64,000 nucleotides of DNA, taken from the NCBI GenBank assembly GCA_024763035.1, contig JANTGG010000002.1, positions 48,970 through 112,969 on the forward strand, in the 5' to 3' direction. Below, piece by piece: positions 9,372 to 18,879 of the stretch; within the stretch, counting starts at the first letter, position 1, and each line of letters starts with the position of its first letter. The notes below the pieces were generated by a model. The model did no database searches. It was given only the letters and a program-made list of their open reading frames with translations, and was not told the origin of the DNA. Made by a program: the position numbers and the translations under genes. Source of the DNA: Desulfocapsa sp. (lineage in GTDB: Bacteria; Desulfobacterota; Desulfobulbia; Desulfobulbales; Desulfocapsaceae).

Positions 9372-11072
9372 ATGCCGGACTCTAACGATGTGCGCATGAC
9401 TCTGAACTATATACTTGATACAAGCGTTGAACGATATGCCGATTTGCCCGCCATCGGAATGGCTGCAGAGACTCCACTCACCTACCAGCAGTTTTACGAC
9501 AACATAACAGCCCTTGCCGTACGTCTTGCAGAAGAAGGCCTGGAAAAAGGTGATCGGGTGGCGATTCTTGCCGAAAATTCCCACTGCTGGGGAATGGTTT
9601 ACTTTGCCATTGTCCGTATCGGGGCGGTGGCTGTGCCCATTCTCCCTGATCTTCCCGAGGCGGATGTTCATCATATATTGAATGAAATGGAAGTGCAGGT
9701 TTTGTTTGTTAGCCAGCGCCAGATCGAAAAAATATATGAGCTGAACAAGAAGGAACTGCGGCAGGTGGTGACCCTCGATGATTCTTCCGGGGCAAAAGGG
9801 GTGGTCGATGTCATGCCATTTTCCGATTATCTGGCAGAAGCCATTTCCATGAAGGAGGATCACGAATCTTCCGAAGAACTGTCCTTTCCCGAAGTGGAAG
9901 AGGATGATCTTGCCTCTATCCTCTATACTTCAGGGACATCCGGGTACTCCAAGGCGGTGATGCTAAGCCATAAGAATTTGACCTCAAACGCCTATTCAGC
10001 TGCCAATATGATCAAGTCCCTCAAAAGTGGAGTGGGCTTTCTCTCTGTCCTTCCCATGTCACACACCTATGAATTCACCCTGGGCTTTATCCTGCCGCTG
10101 GTGAAAGGCTGTAAGATTGCCTATGTGGGCAAGGCACCGACACCTGCCATCCTGCAGCGGCTCTGTATACATGAAAAACCAAATGTGATGTTTGCCGTAC
10201 CTCTTATTATGGAGAAGATTTATAAAAAGAGGGTGATGCCGCAGATTGAAAAGAGCCGGTTTCTGTCATTGCTCTGCCGCTGTAACATCGGGCGGCAATT
10301 TGTCTATAAAAAAATCGGAGCAAAGCTCATTGAATTTTTTGGGGGAAACCTGGAACTGATGGGCATCGGTGGAGCGGCACTCAACCCTGATATTGAACAG
10401 TTTCTTCGGGATGCAGGATTCCCTTATGTCATAGGATACGGACTTACAGAATCTTCGCCCATTTTATCGGGTGGCCCGGTTGGTGATCCATCCATTGCTG
10501 TTGGTTCTGCCGGACGGCCTTTCCCGGGGGTGGATATTAAAATTGTTGACCCGGATCCGGAAACCGGAATTGGAGAAATCTGGGGCAGCGGTCCAAATAT
10601 CATGCAGGGATATTACAACGATCCCGATGCTACAGCAGAAGTTCTGGTGGATGGCTGGCTTGCCACCGGAGACCTTGGCTATATTGACGAAATCGGGAAT
10701 CTGCATATCCGTGGTCGTTCAAAGAATGTTATCGTTATGTCCAACGGTGAGAATGTCTATCCCGAGCCCATTGAACATAAGATCAATGTGTACCCCTGGG
10801 TGGTTGAAGCATTGGTTGTGGAAAATAATGGAAAGCTTGACGCCTGGATTTATCCCGATTATGAGCAGATTGATGAAGAAACGTCGGGGAAAGGCAGGGT
10901 TGAGCAGAGAGATTATGTTGATGGCTTGATGAACACCATGCGCATGGAAATAAATGGGCAGCTTCCTCCCGCTTCACGACTGGCAAGAATAGTCGAGCGG
11001 CGGGAGCCTTTCATAAAAACAGCAACTCATAAAATTAAACGTTACCTCTATGGGAGCGGCACTGCTTTGTAG
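9372..11072 (+). CDS. Long-chain fatty-acid--CoA ligase (AMP-binding family)
   Basis: YTSGTSGYSK, GYGLTESSP, TGDLGY, GRSKNVIV, NVYPE. Confidence 0.88.
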   Translation: MPDSNDVRMTLNYILDTSVERYADLPAIGMAAETPLTYQQFYDNITALAVRLAEEGLEKGDRVAILAENSHCWGMVYFAIVRIGAVAVPILPDLPEADVHHILNEMEVQVLFVSQRQIEKIYELNKKELRQVVTLDDSSGAKGVVDVMPFSDYLAEAISMKEDHESSEELSFPEVEEDDLASILYTSGTSGYSKAVMLSHKNLTSNAYSAANMIKSLKSGVGFLSVLPMSHTYEFTLGFILPLVKGCKIAYVGKAPTPAILQRLCIHEKPNVMFAVPLIMEKIYKKRVMPQIEKSRFLSLLCRCNIGRQFVYKKIGAKLIEFFGGNLELMGIGGAALNPDIEQFLRDAGFPYVIGYGLTESSPILSGGPVGDPSIAVGSAGRPFPGVDIKIVDPDPETGIGEIWGSGPNIMQGYYNDPDATAEVLVDGWLATGDLGYIDEIGNLHIRGRSKNVIVMSNGENVYPEPIEHKINVYPWVVEALVVENNGKLDAWIYPDYEQIDEETSGKGRVEQRDYVDGLMNTMRMEINGQLPPASRLARIVERREPFIKTATHKIKRYLYGSGTAL

Positions 11073-11105
11073 GCAGTGTATTCAAAAAAAGGGAGAAAAG
11101 AGAGA

Positions 11106-12335
11106 ATGAAAAAGAAAATTTCTGTAGTTGTGTTGAGTTCTATCCTGATGTCCGGCTCGGCATGGGCGGCGGGATACCGCATCCCTGAGCAGTCCACGGA
11201 TTCCGTCGCCAAGGCGGGGGCCAATGTGGCGTCTTCAACGCGTGCCGACTCCAGTTATTATAATCCTGCCAATATGGCGTGGACGAAAGATTCCTGGCAG
11301 ACAGAGGTGGATCTTTCATATATCTACCTGGCCTCTGTAACGTATACAGACCGGCGAACTCCGCTGTATAACGGTGAGTCACGATCCGAAGAGTTCCTGC
11401 TGCCCACTCTGTTTCTGGTTTCGCCGAATATGAATAATTTCCGTTTCGGTCTTTCTATAACCTCACCCTTTGGTCTTGCAAAACGCTGGGATCAGGTCTA
11501 TCCCAGAAGTTACGCTCAGATTTACAGCCTGAAGGTGCATGATATTAACCCGACCGTGTCCTATCAGATTGGTGATAAATTTTCCGTGGCAGGCGGTGTT
11601 CGCATGCTCTACGGCTCTGCTGAGGTGAGTAACTATGCCGTCAACCGCGATGGGTTGCTGGTAACACGGGCGATGGATGGTGATACCATCGAATGGGGCT
11701 GGAATCTGGCTGCTTCTGTAAAACCCACGGAGGATATGAATATTTCCGTGAGCTACCGTTCCAATGTTGACCTGGATCTTGAGGGTGATGCTGTGATGGG
11801 AACCAATAAGCCCTCCACCTTTGTGCTGTCAACCGGCGGCAGTGTCTCCATTCCCGCCCCGGCAGTTCTTGCTGTGTCATTTGCCTATAGCTTCGACAAG
11901 GTAACCGTTGATCTGACCTGGGACAGAACCTTCTGGTCAGAATATGATAATATCTCCTTTGATTACGACCTTCCCCTTATGCACCCGGTTCTTGAGCAGG
12001 TCTATGGCACGCCCCTGCCTAAAAACTGGGATGACAGTAACGCCTATCGGATCGGCGTCGATTACCGGCTGAATGATGCTGTAACGCTGATGGCAGGTTT
12101 TGCCTATGATGAAACTCCGATTCCGGATGCCACTCTGGGCTTTGAACTGCCCGGCAGCGATGCTTACCTCTATTCCCTTGGCGGTCGTTATAAGCTTAAC
12201 GATACTATGGAGGTTGGTATCAGTTATCTCTATGACTACAAAACAGACCGCTCCGCTGCAAATACAACAGTACAGGGGGAATTCACCGATTCTGCAGCTC
12301 ACCTGCTGACTATTGGCTTTAGTTACGATTTCTAA
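11106..12335 (+). CDS. FadL/OmpP1-family outer-membrane hydrophobic-compound transporter
   Basis: Signal peptide, AGY hatch start, NPANM motif, beta-barrel pattern, C-terminal Phe; follows the acyl-CoA ligase. Confidence 0.88.
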   Translation: MKKKISVVVLSSILMSGSAWAAGYRIPEQSTDSVAKAGANVASSTRADSSYYNPANMAWTKDSWQTEVDLSYIYLASVTYTDRRTPLYNGESRSEEFLLPTLFLVSPNMNNFRFGLSITSPFGLAKRWDQVYPRSYAQIYSLKVHDINPTVSYQIGDKFSVAGGVRMLYGSAEVSNYAVNRDGLLVTRAMDGDTIEWGWNLAASVKPTEDMNISVSYRSNVDLDLEGDAVMGTNKPSTFVLSTGGSVSIPAPAVLAVSFAYSFDKVTVDLTWDRTFWSEYDNISFDYDLPLMHPVLEQVYGTPLPKNWDDSNAYRIGVDYRLNDAVTLMAGFAYDETPIPDATLGFELPGSDAYLYSLGGRYKLNDTMEVGISYLYDYKTDRSAANTTVQGEFTDSAAHLLTIGFSYDF

Positions 12336-12367
12336 GTGTTATCTGATGTGAAGTTGTAGCGGGACGG

Positions 12368-12407
12368 AAAATCCCCTGTCGACGTCTGGTCGGCAGGGGA
12401 TTTTTTT
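12368..12407. terminator. Bidirectional intrinsic terminator between fadL and the convergent M50 gene
   Basis: AAAATCCCCTGTCGAC-gtctg-GTCGGCAGGGGATTTT stem with A and T tracts on either side. Confidence 0.85.
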
Positions 12408-12416
12408 GGGAGATTT

Positions 12417-13058
12417 TCAGATAAGAATGTTCTGGGCAAAGGCGATAACCGGCATGATCATCCTGGAGAGCAGTCCCGAAAAAGCCAGGACGAGGATAAT
12501 AACAAAACCGTATCGCTCAACTGAGGCGTAGGAACGTGCCATGTCCGGCGGCAGGATGCCGGCAAGTATTTTACTGCCGTCAAGGGGAGGGATGGGCAGG
12601 AAATTAAAGATACAGAGTACCAGATTGATCCATACAGACGCCATAAGCACCATATTCAGAGGGACAAGGATGGCCTCGGCAACTGATGAGTAGGGAAGGT
12701 TTTCTGCCAGAAACCAGACAACTTTTACAGCAATGGCACTGAGTACCGCGAGAATAAGGTTCACCACAGGACCGGCAAGGGCAACCCAGAGCATATCTTT
12801 TTGCGGATTCTTGAAATAATTCGGGTTGACCGGAACCGGTTTTGCCCAGCCTATCTTGATGATGAAAAAGGCGATTGTCCCCAGAGGGTCAAGGTGTTTC
12901 AGGGGATTGAGGGTGAGTCTGCCCATGGCTTTGGCAGTGGGGTCGCCCAGGCGGTACGCCACGTAGCCGTGGGCAAATTCATGCACCGTGAGCGCCAGCA
13001 GTATTGCCGGGGCAATCACAATGAATTGAAGAATGTAATCGTTCATGGTTTCCGTCAT
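12417..13058 (-). CDS. Site-2 protease family (M50) membrane metalloprotease
   Basis: HEFAH, GWAKPVPVNP, AGPVVN, NFLPIPPLDG. Confidence 0.9.
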   Translation of the reverse strand: MTETMNDYILQFIVIAPAILLALTVHEFAHGYVAYRLGDPTAKAMGRLTLNPLKHLDPLGTIAFFIIKIGWAKPVPVNPNYFKNPQKDMLWVALAGPVVNLILAVLSAIAVKVVWFLAENLPYSSVAEAILVPLNMVLMASVWINLVLCIFNFLPIPPLDGSKILAGILPPDMARSYASVERYGFVIILVLAFSGLLSRMIMPVIAFAQNILI

Positions 13059-13292
13059 ATCCTGTAAAGGTGATAGTGCAGTTTTGTTGTGTCTGCTGCA
13101 AGGGTAAGCATTGAAAAGGAAGGGGGCAAGGGGGGCTGTTTTTTACTGAATGATTTTGAGGGTGATCTTCCTCGGAGAAAACAGTACCTCTATTTGCAAT
13201 ATTTTAGGTAGATAATGCGGTTTTTTTAATAGAAAATAACCGGTTGGGGACAATGCTGTTAAGGATTGTTACGGCTCAGCCGGGATTTTTCC

Positions 13293-13329
13293 TTGACGAT
13301 AAAAGGAGACGGTATTAAAAATTAATACC
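13293..13329 (+). promoter_or_regulatory. Promoter plus perfect palindromic operator directly before the RHH-znuACB operon
   Basis: TTGACG 13293-13298, 17-nt spacer, AT-rich -10 at 13316; inverted repeat GGTATTAA-aaa-TTAATACC at 13311-13329 abuts ATG 13330. Confidence 0.65.
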
Positions 13330-13635
13330 ATGGAAAAGAAAAAAGAACGGGTCTTCTCATTTAAGGCAGATGGTGATCTCTCCACAGCTCTTGAAAATAC
13401 ACCCAACCGCTCGGAATTTATTCGAAAGGCTCTCCTTGCAGCCCTGGAGCACGAATGTCCGTTGTGCAGGGGGACGGGGGTACTGAGTCTTGAGCAGGGA
13501 AAACATCTTGAGCAGTTTCTCACCCTCCATGCCTTAACCCGATGCGAAGAATGCCAGGCAGTGCATTTTGTCTGTCAGTCCAACGCTGATGACGGAGAAT
13601 CTCATACAAAGGTAAAAGGGGGAGTTCAGAAATGA
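13330..13635 (+). CDS. Ribbon-helix-helix (CopG-like) regulator with C-terminal CxxC...CxxC metal-binding motif
   Basis: VFSFKAD...NRSEFIRKAL RHH pattern; CPLC and CEEC plus HFVC; 4-bp overlap with znuA. Confidence 0.75.
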   Translation: MEKKKERVFSFKADGDLSTALENTPNRSEFIRKALLAALEHECPLCRGTGVLSLEQGKHLEQFLTLHALTRCEECQAVHFVCQSNADDGESHTKVKGGVQK

Positions 13636-14498
13636 GTTGTGTCAAAGTGGTTGTTTTCCTTTGTGTTCTGCTCTGTTTTTTTCCGGCTTTGCTGGTGGCG
13701 TCAGAGTCGGGAAAGGTGGATGTGTTTGTCTCCATTCCTTCACAGAAGTGGTTATGTGAACAGGTGGGTAAAGGTCTGGTCACGGTGCGGATACTGATAG
13801 AGAAAGGGCAGGAACCGCATAGCTTCGAGCCTCGTCCCCGCCAGATACTGGAGTTGTCAAAGTCGTCCATTCTCTTTGGTGCCGGTCTGGTGTTTGAGAA
13901 AGGGCTTATGCAGCGGATGGGGCATAGTTTTCTCAATTTTCGTATCGTTGATACCACAGAGAAAATCCACAGGATCCCCATGCAGGGAGAGAAAAGCGAG
14001 AAAGGCGAGATGGATCCCCATGTCTGGTTGTCACCTGTTAATCTGAAGATTATGGCAGCATCCATGGCAGAAAATCTCGCTGTTGAAGACCCGAAGAATG
14101 CGGAGGTCTACCAGAAGAATATGGCGGAACTCGGTCGGCAGCTGGATGATCTGGATCGTGAGATAACTGAACGCCTTGCCCCATTTCGGGATGCCTCATT
14201 TCTGGTGTTTCATCCGGCATTCGGGTATTTCGCCGACAGGTACCATCTGCATCAGGTTGCGGTGGAGGTTGGAGGACGTTCGCCAACACCCAAAAAACTT
14301 GCCGCTCTTATCGGAAAGGCAAGGAAGGAAAAGATCCGCGTGGTCTTTGTGCAGCCCCAGTTTGACCCCAAAAGTGCCAATGTGGTTGCCAATGCTATTC
14401 ACGGGCAGGTGGTTCCCATGGATCCTCTGGCAGAGAATGCAGCAGAGAGTCTGGACGTGATGGCAGAGAAGATTGCGGAAGGGCTGGGGGGTAAATAG
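13632..14498 (+). CDS. znuA: Zn/Mn ABC transporter substrate-binding protein (ZnuA family)
   Basis: EPHSFEP, DPHVWLSP, FHPAFGYF; signal peptide. Confidence 0.88.
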   Translation: MSCVKVVVFLCVLLCFFPALLVASESGKVDVFVSIPSQKWLCEQVGKGLVTVRILIEKGQEPHSFEPRPRQILELSKSSILFGAGLVFEKGLMQRMGHSFLNFRIVDTTEKIHRIPMQGEKSEKGEMDPHVWLSPVNLKIMAASMAENLAVEDPKNAEVYQKNMAELGRQLDDLDREITERLAPFRDASFLVFHPAFGYFADRYHLHQVAVEVGGRSPTPKKLAALIGKARKEKIRVVFVQPQFDPKSANVVANAIHGQVVPMDPLAENAAESLDVMAEKIAEGLGGK

Positions 14499-15271
14499 TG
14501 CAGCCCATAGGACCTTTCCAGGAGAGTGCTGTTTTCATAAAGAATCTGAACTTTTCTTATGATTCTCGGCTGATTCTCGAAGATGTGAATCTTGATATCT
14601 TTCCCCTGGATTCCATCTGTGTGGTCGGTCCCAATGGTGGCGGCAAGACGACACTGGTCAAGCTTATTCTCGGATTACTGCATCCGGATAGCGGTACGGT
14701 GCAAATCTACGGAGGCAGCCCCGAAGATGCCCGTCTGCGCATGGGCTATGTACCCCAGTATGCCCAGTATGATTCAAGCTTTCCCATTTCTGTGCTGGAA
14801 GTGGTGTCCATGGGATGTTTGGGCAGAAGCTTCACCGGGAGGTACAGCAGGGAAGATCGGGCACAGGCGATGGACTCCCTTGAAGAGACAGGACTTGCTG
14901 ATATTGCAGGGCGTCCCTTTGCCTCAATTTCAGGGGGGCAGCGCCAGCGGGTACTGATCGCCCGGGCACTGGCAGCAAAGGGTGATATTCTTATTCTTGA
15001 TGAACCCACTGCCAATATCGACCATGAGAGTGAAATGCATTTTTTTGAATTGCTCACACGGTTGAATCAGCGCATGATTATCCTGATGGTGACCCATGAT
15101 GTGGGTTTTGCGTCCACCTTTTTTAAACGCATTGCCTGTGTCAATAAGCAGGTGAAGATCCATCCCACAAGTGCACTCACGGGAGATATGATCCGTGAAA
15201 TGTATGGTGGCGACCAGCAGATGATCCGCCATGATCACTGCTGCGGTCCGGAGGGACACACTTATGGGTGA
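14498..15271 (+). CDS. znuC: Zn/Mn ABC transporter ATPase (ZnuC family)
   Basis: GPNGGGKT, ISGGQRQR, LILDEPT, VTHD; His/Cys tail HDHCC. Confidence 0.88.
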   Translation: MQPIGPFQESAVFIKNLNFSYDSRLILEDVNLDIFPLDSICVVGPNGGGKTTLVKLILGLLHPDSGTVQIYGGSPEDARLRMGYVPQYAQYDSSFPISVLEVVSMGCLGRSFTGRYSREDRAQAMDSLEETGLADIAGRPFASISGGQRQRVLIARALAAKGDILILDEPTANIDHESEMHFFELLTRLNQRMIILMVTHDVGFASTFFKRIACVNKQVKIHPTSALTGDMIREMYGGDQQMIRHDHCCGPEGHTYG

Positions 15272-16103
15272 TTTTCTGACGGTCATCCTGGATCCTGACC
15301 TGCCTTTTCTCCGCTATGCTCTGCTCACCGGAATCTTTGCCTCCATTCCCTTTGGAGTTATCGGCACCTTCGTTGTCGTAAGGCGGATCAGTTATATTGC
15401 AGGTGCCATTGCCCACTGTGTGCTCGGTGGCATCGGTTTGGGGCTGTATCTGGAAAAGGGGATGGGGGTCGGCTGGTTTGGTCCGATTCAGGGGGCGGTT
15501 CTCGCAGCACTGCTGGCAGCTTCTGTTCTTGCCGTGGTGAGCCGCCATGCAAAACAGCGTGAAGACAGTGTTATCGGTGCTCTATGGGCGGTGGGGATGG
15601 CGGTGGGGCTGCTCTTTATTGCCAAAACCCCCGGCTATGTAGATCCTATGAGTTACCTCTTCGGAAATATTCTGCTGGTGGGAAAGAATGATCTGCTCTT
15701 TGTATTGGCACTTGATGTGTTGGTGTTCGGGGCGGTGTGGATATTTTATAATAAATTTCTAGCGATCTGTTTTGATGAGGAGTTTGCCCGGCTGCGAGGC
15801 GTCTCAACAGGCTGGTTCTATCTGTTTCTGCTTTGCCTGACTGCCCTCACCATCGTACTTCTGGTGCGGGTGGTGGGAATTGTGATGGTTATAGCCCTTC
15901 TCACTCTACCTGCAGCCGTTGCCGGCAATTTTTCCAGAAATATCTTTCAGATGATGCTGGTGGCGGTACTGTTCTGCGTGTTTTTTGTGGTAACAGGGCT
16001 GGGGCTCAGCTTTTCCCTGGACCTGCCCAGTGGTCCGGTCATTATTCTGGTGGCGGCGGTGGTATATTTGTGCACCATGGTGTTTGAGAGGCTGAGACAT
16101 TAA
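15264..16103 (+). CDS. znuB: Zn/Mn ABC transporter permease (ZnuB family)
   Basis: GAIAHCVLGG, YLFGNILLV, FDEEFARLRG, VGIVMV; multiple TM segments. Confidence 0.88.
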   Translation: MGDFLTVILDPDLPFLRYALLTGIFASIPFGVIGTFVVVRRISYIAGAIAHCVLGGIGLGLYLEKGMGVGWFGPIQGAVLAALLAASVLAVVSRHAKQREDSVIGALWAVGMAVGLLFIAKTPGYVDPMSYLFGNILLVGKNDLLFVLALDVLVFGAVWIFYNKFLAICFDEEFARLRGVSTGWFYLFLLCLTALTIVLLVRVVGIVMVIALLTLPAAVAGNFSRNIFQMMLVAVLFCVFFVVTGLGLSFSLDLPSGPVIILVAAVVYLCTMVFERLRH

Positions 16104-18784
16104 CTGCCTGGTGTGAGTGTGAAATTCTTTGTGATAAAATTCCGTTCATCTTCCCTGTTCTGCACCTTCCCGTCAAGCTTTGCATCCTGCAGGGCTGTGA
16201 GCATCTTTTTGAACTGTTTCCCCGGTACATATCCCATATCTTTCAGGTCTTTTCCGGTAAGAAGAGGATGGACGTTGCCAAGGGTGGTGACGTAGAGAGA
16301 AATAAGCTTTTTGATCTCATTTTTCCTGGCAATAGCCATAAGATAGAGAAGCCCGTCATTTGACAGGGGGCTGAGCAGTCTGCAAAGTGCACTGTTGTTT
16401 TTTGGTTGTCTGCCGTAGAGCTGGTTGGCAATCTCATCTGCTAAAACCTTTTGTTCCAGAAGATCCTTGTGTGTTTTTGGCGGCAGCTGAAAACGCTTGC
16501 AGAAATTGTCGAGTACAGCGGGTTTGGAGCGGCCCATGATGGCAAGAAGATAGATGCGCCAGGGAAAAATTTCCTTTTCTAAAAAGAGCAGGCGGAACCA
16601 GGCGATGGCCCGTTGTGCCTGGGTCAGGTTGTGCATAAAGCGTCGATCCACCTTTAAATGGGGTTTCAGATCCGGCCAGAGAAACTGAAAGAGGTTGAAG
16701 TCTGCCAGCCGTTTGATTGCGGGGAGAGGGTTTTCCTCACAAAAGATCAGTTTCAGCTCGGAGAAAAAGCGGGGGTCATCTCCCTTGTCAAACAGGTTCA
16801 TCTTCACAGCACCCTGAATCAGGCGGGCTGTATGTTTGGCAATTTTAAAATCCATTCGTTTCTCAAAGCGGACAGCCCGGAAAATCCGACTGGGATCTTC
16901 CACAAAACTCAGATTGTGAAGAACCTTGATCTGTCCATCCTTCAGGTCATTCTGACTGTTGAAAAAATCGAGCAGGGTTCCGAATTTCTCCGGATTAAGC
17001 TGCAGTGCCATACCGTTGATGGTAAAATCCCGCCGGTAAAGGTCGAGTTTTATGGATGAGAGTTCAACGGTGGGCAGTGCCGCCGGATATTCGTAATATT
17101 CAAGGCGTGCTGTGGCAACATCTATCTTAAACCCGTCGGGCAGGATGATGTTTGCGGTGAGGAAGCGGTCGTGTGCTTTTACTCTGCCGCCAAGCTTTTG
17201 TACAAGCTTTCCGGCAAAGACAATTCCGTCGCCCTCCACCACAATATCAAGATCCAGATTCTGCTGTTTGAGCAGCAGATCCCGCACGAATCCTCCCACT
17301 GCATAGGCGGTATAGCCTGCTTCTTCCGCAACTTCACCAATGGTCTTTAAGAGAATGACCAGATCCCGGCTCAGGCATTCGCCAATAACCTGCAGCAGGT
17401 TTTTTGTTTTCTTACGTGTCGGCTGATCGTTCTCATGGTGAAGATTACGGGGCAGGTGGGCAGGGTCGTTTATCAGTCTGTTGAGCAGGTCGGTGCGGGT
17501 GATAACCCCTTTTAAGATGTTGTCCTGGACAATTGGTATCAGCCGCTGTTTACGTTCGATGATGAGTTCTTCGATATCTGCCAGGGTGGCACTGAGGGGG
17601 AGAACCTCGATGTCACTTGTCATGTAATCGCTCACTGGAAAAGAGCCGAGGTTGTGGTGGATCGCCTTTTCAATGACCCGTCGCGATATCATGCCAACCA
17701 CCCGGGCTATGGCCGGCAGCTGGGAATTTCCGGGGGCTTTACTGGTAAGAACGGGGAGTGCGGTGATGTTGTAGCGGGTGAGGACATTGTTTGCCTCCAG
17801 GATGGTGGTGTCTTCCGGAATGGAGATGGCCGGCTGGGAGAGCATCTCTTTGGCAATCGCCTGGGGCTCGATATGTTTGTGCAGACTGCGGATCAGATGT
17901 TCCTGTGCCTCAATAAGTGTCATGTCGCGTACGGTTGCGGCAGCGGCAGTGGCATGTCCGCCGCCGTTAAAGTCCCTTGCTATCTGTCCCACGTTTACTT
18001 CCGGAATTCGGGAGCGGGCAATAAGGTAGATCCGTCCCTCCATGCAGACCAGGGCAAAAAGGGTATCCAGGTTCTCCATCACCATAAAGCGTCTGACAAT
18101 CAGGGAAAAATCGTCCTCGTAGTGCTGCAGGGTAAGGGTTGCCACGACATTCCTGATCCCGGAGATTTGATAGCTCTGTGCTGTCTTTGTCAGCGCATGG
18201 AGGAGAAAGACCTGATGGGAGGTGAGGTCCGAGGAGAGAAACTGGGAGATGATTTCCAGTTGTGCTCCTTTTTCCAGAAGCCAGGCAGCAGCCGTCAGAT
18301 CGGCAGGGCGTGTGCTCAGATGGGAAAGGGAGCCGGTGTCTTCATAGATACCAAGGGCGAGAAGCGTTGCTTCATCCTTCGAGACGGGAATTTCCTGCTC
18401 CTGGAATATCCGGCAGAAGAGTGTGGTGGTTGCCCCTGCCTCGATAATAAATTCTTTGTCACCGTTCATGCAGTCAGTGGTGTCGGGGTGGTGGTCGTAA
18501 ATATGAAGTGATAGCCCCGGGTTGTCCAGACATTCGGCAAAGACACCGATACGGCTTTTCTGTCTGGTGTCCACCACGATAAGGGTTGTGACTGTGTCCA
18601 GTTCAATATCTTTTAATCTGACAAAGTTGTATCTGTCCTGCAGTGTGTCGCTGATAAGCTGCCGCAGGTTTTTTTCCTGGGAGCCGGGAAAACACATCAG
18701 TGCATCCGGATAGAGTTTCCGGGCGGCGATCATGGAGGCGAGACCGTCAAAGTCTGCATTCAGGTGGGTGGTGATGACTTGCAT
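16100..18784 (-). CDS. DHH-CBS-fused tRNA nucleotidyltransferase (probably A-adding type)
   Basis: DHH domain (HLNADFDG, DHH, GGGH), two CBS domains, class II NTase core (VGGFVRDLL, DLDIVV, RRDFTIN, EDPSRIFRAVRF). Confidence 0.88.
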   Translation of the reverse strand: MQVITTHLNADFDGLASMIAARKLYPDALMCFPGSQEKNLRQLISDTLQDRYNFVRLKDIELDTVTTLIVVDTRQKSRIGVFAECLDNPGLSLHIYDHHPDTTDCMNGDKEFIIEAGATTTLFCRIFQEQEIPVSKDEATLLALGIYEDTGSLSHLSTRPADLTAAAWLLEKGAQLEIISQFLSSDLTSHQVFLLHALTKTAQSYQISGIRNVVATLTLQHYEDDFSLIVRRFMVMENLDTLFALVCMEGRIYLIARSRIPEVNVGQIARDFNGGGHATAAAATVRDMTLIEAQEHLIRSLHKHIEPQAIAKEMLSQPAISIPEDTTILEANNVLTRYNITALPVLTSKAPGNSQLPAIARVVGMISRRVIEKAIHHNLGSFPVSDYMTSDIEVLPLSATLADIEELIIERKQRLIPIVQDNILKGVITRTDLLNRLINDPAHLPRNLHHENDQPTRKKTKNLLQVIGECLSRDLVILLKTIGEVAEEAGYTAYAVGGFVRDLLLKQQNLDLDIVVEGDGIVFAGKLVQKLGGRVKAHDRFLTANIILPDGFKIDVATARLEYYEYPAALPTVELSSIKLDLYRRDFTINGMALQLNPEKFGTLLDFFNSQNDLKDGQIKVLHNLSFVEDPSRIFRAVRFEKRMDFKIAKHTARLIQGAVKMNLFDKGDDPRFFSELKLIFCEENPLPAIKRLADFNLFQFLWPDLKPHLKVDRRFMHNLTQAQRAIAWFRLLFLEKEIFPWRIYLLAIMGRSKPAVLDNFCKRFQLPPKTHKDLLEQKVLADEIANQLYGRQPKNNSALCRLLSPLSNDGLLYLMAIARKNEIKKLISLYVTTLGNVHPLLTGKDLKDMGYVPGKQFKKMLTALQDAKLDGKVQNREDERNFITKNFTLTPGS

Positions 18785-18879
18785 GGGGGCGTTGCCTTAT
18801 ACCTCAACTCGCAGGGGGATGTTGTGACTGTTGGTTACTTTTAACTATCGACTATCCTTCTTCTTCTGTCAATGCCTGC

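Noticed and set aside
17654-18511. Long antisense or alternate-frame ORFs (also 20220-20861, 35894-36553, 45594-46904, 56322-57134)
   Set aside because: They are shadows of well-supported genes, with no recognisable motifs
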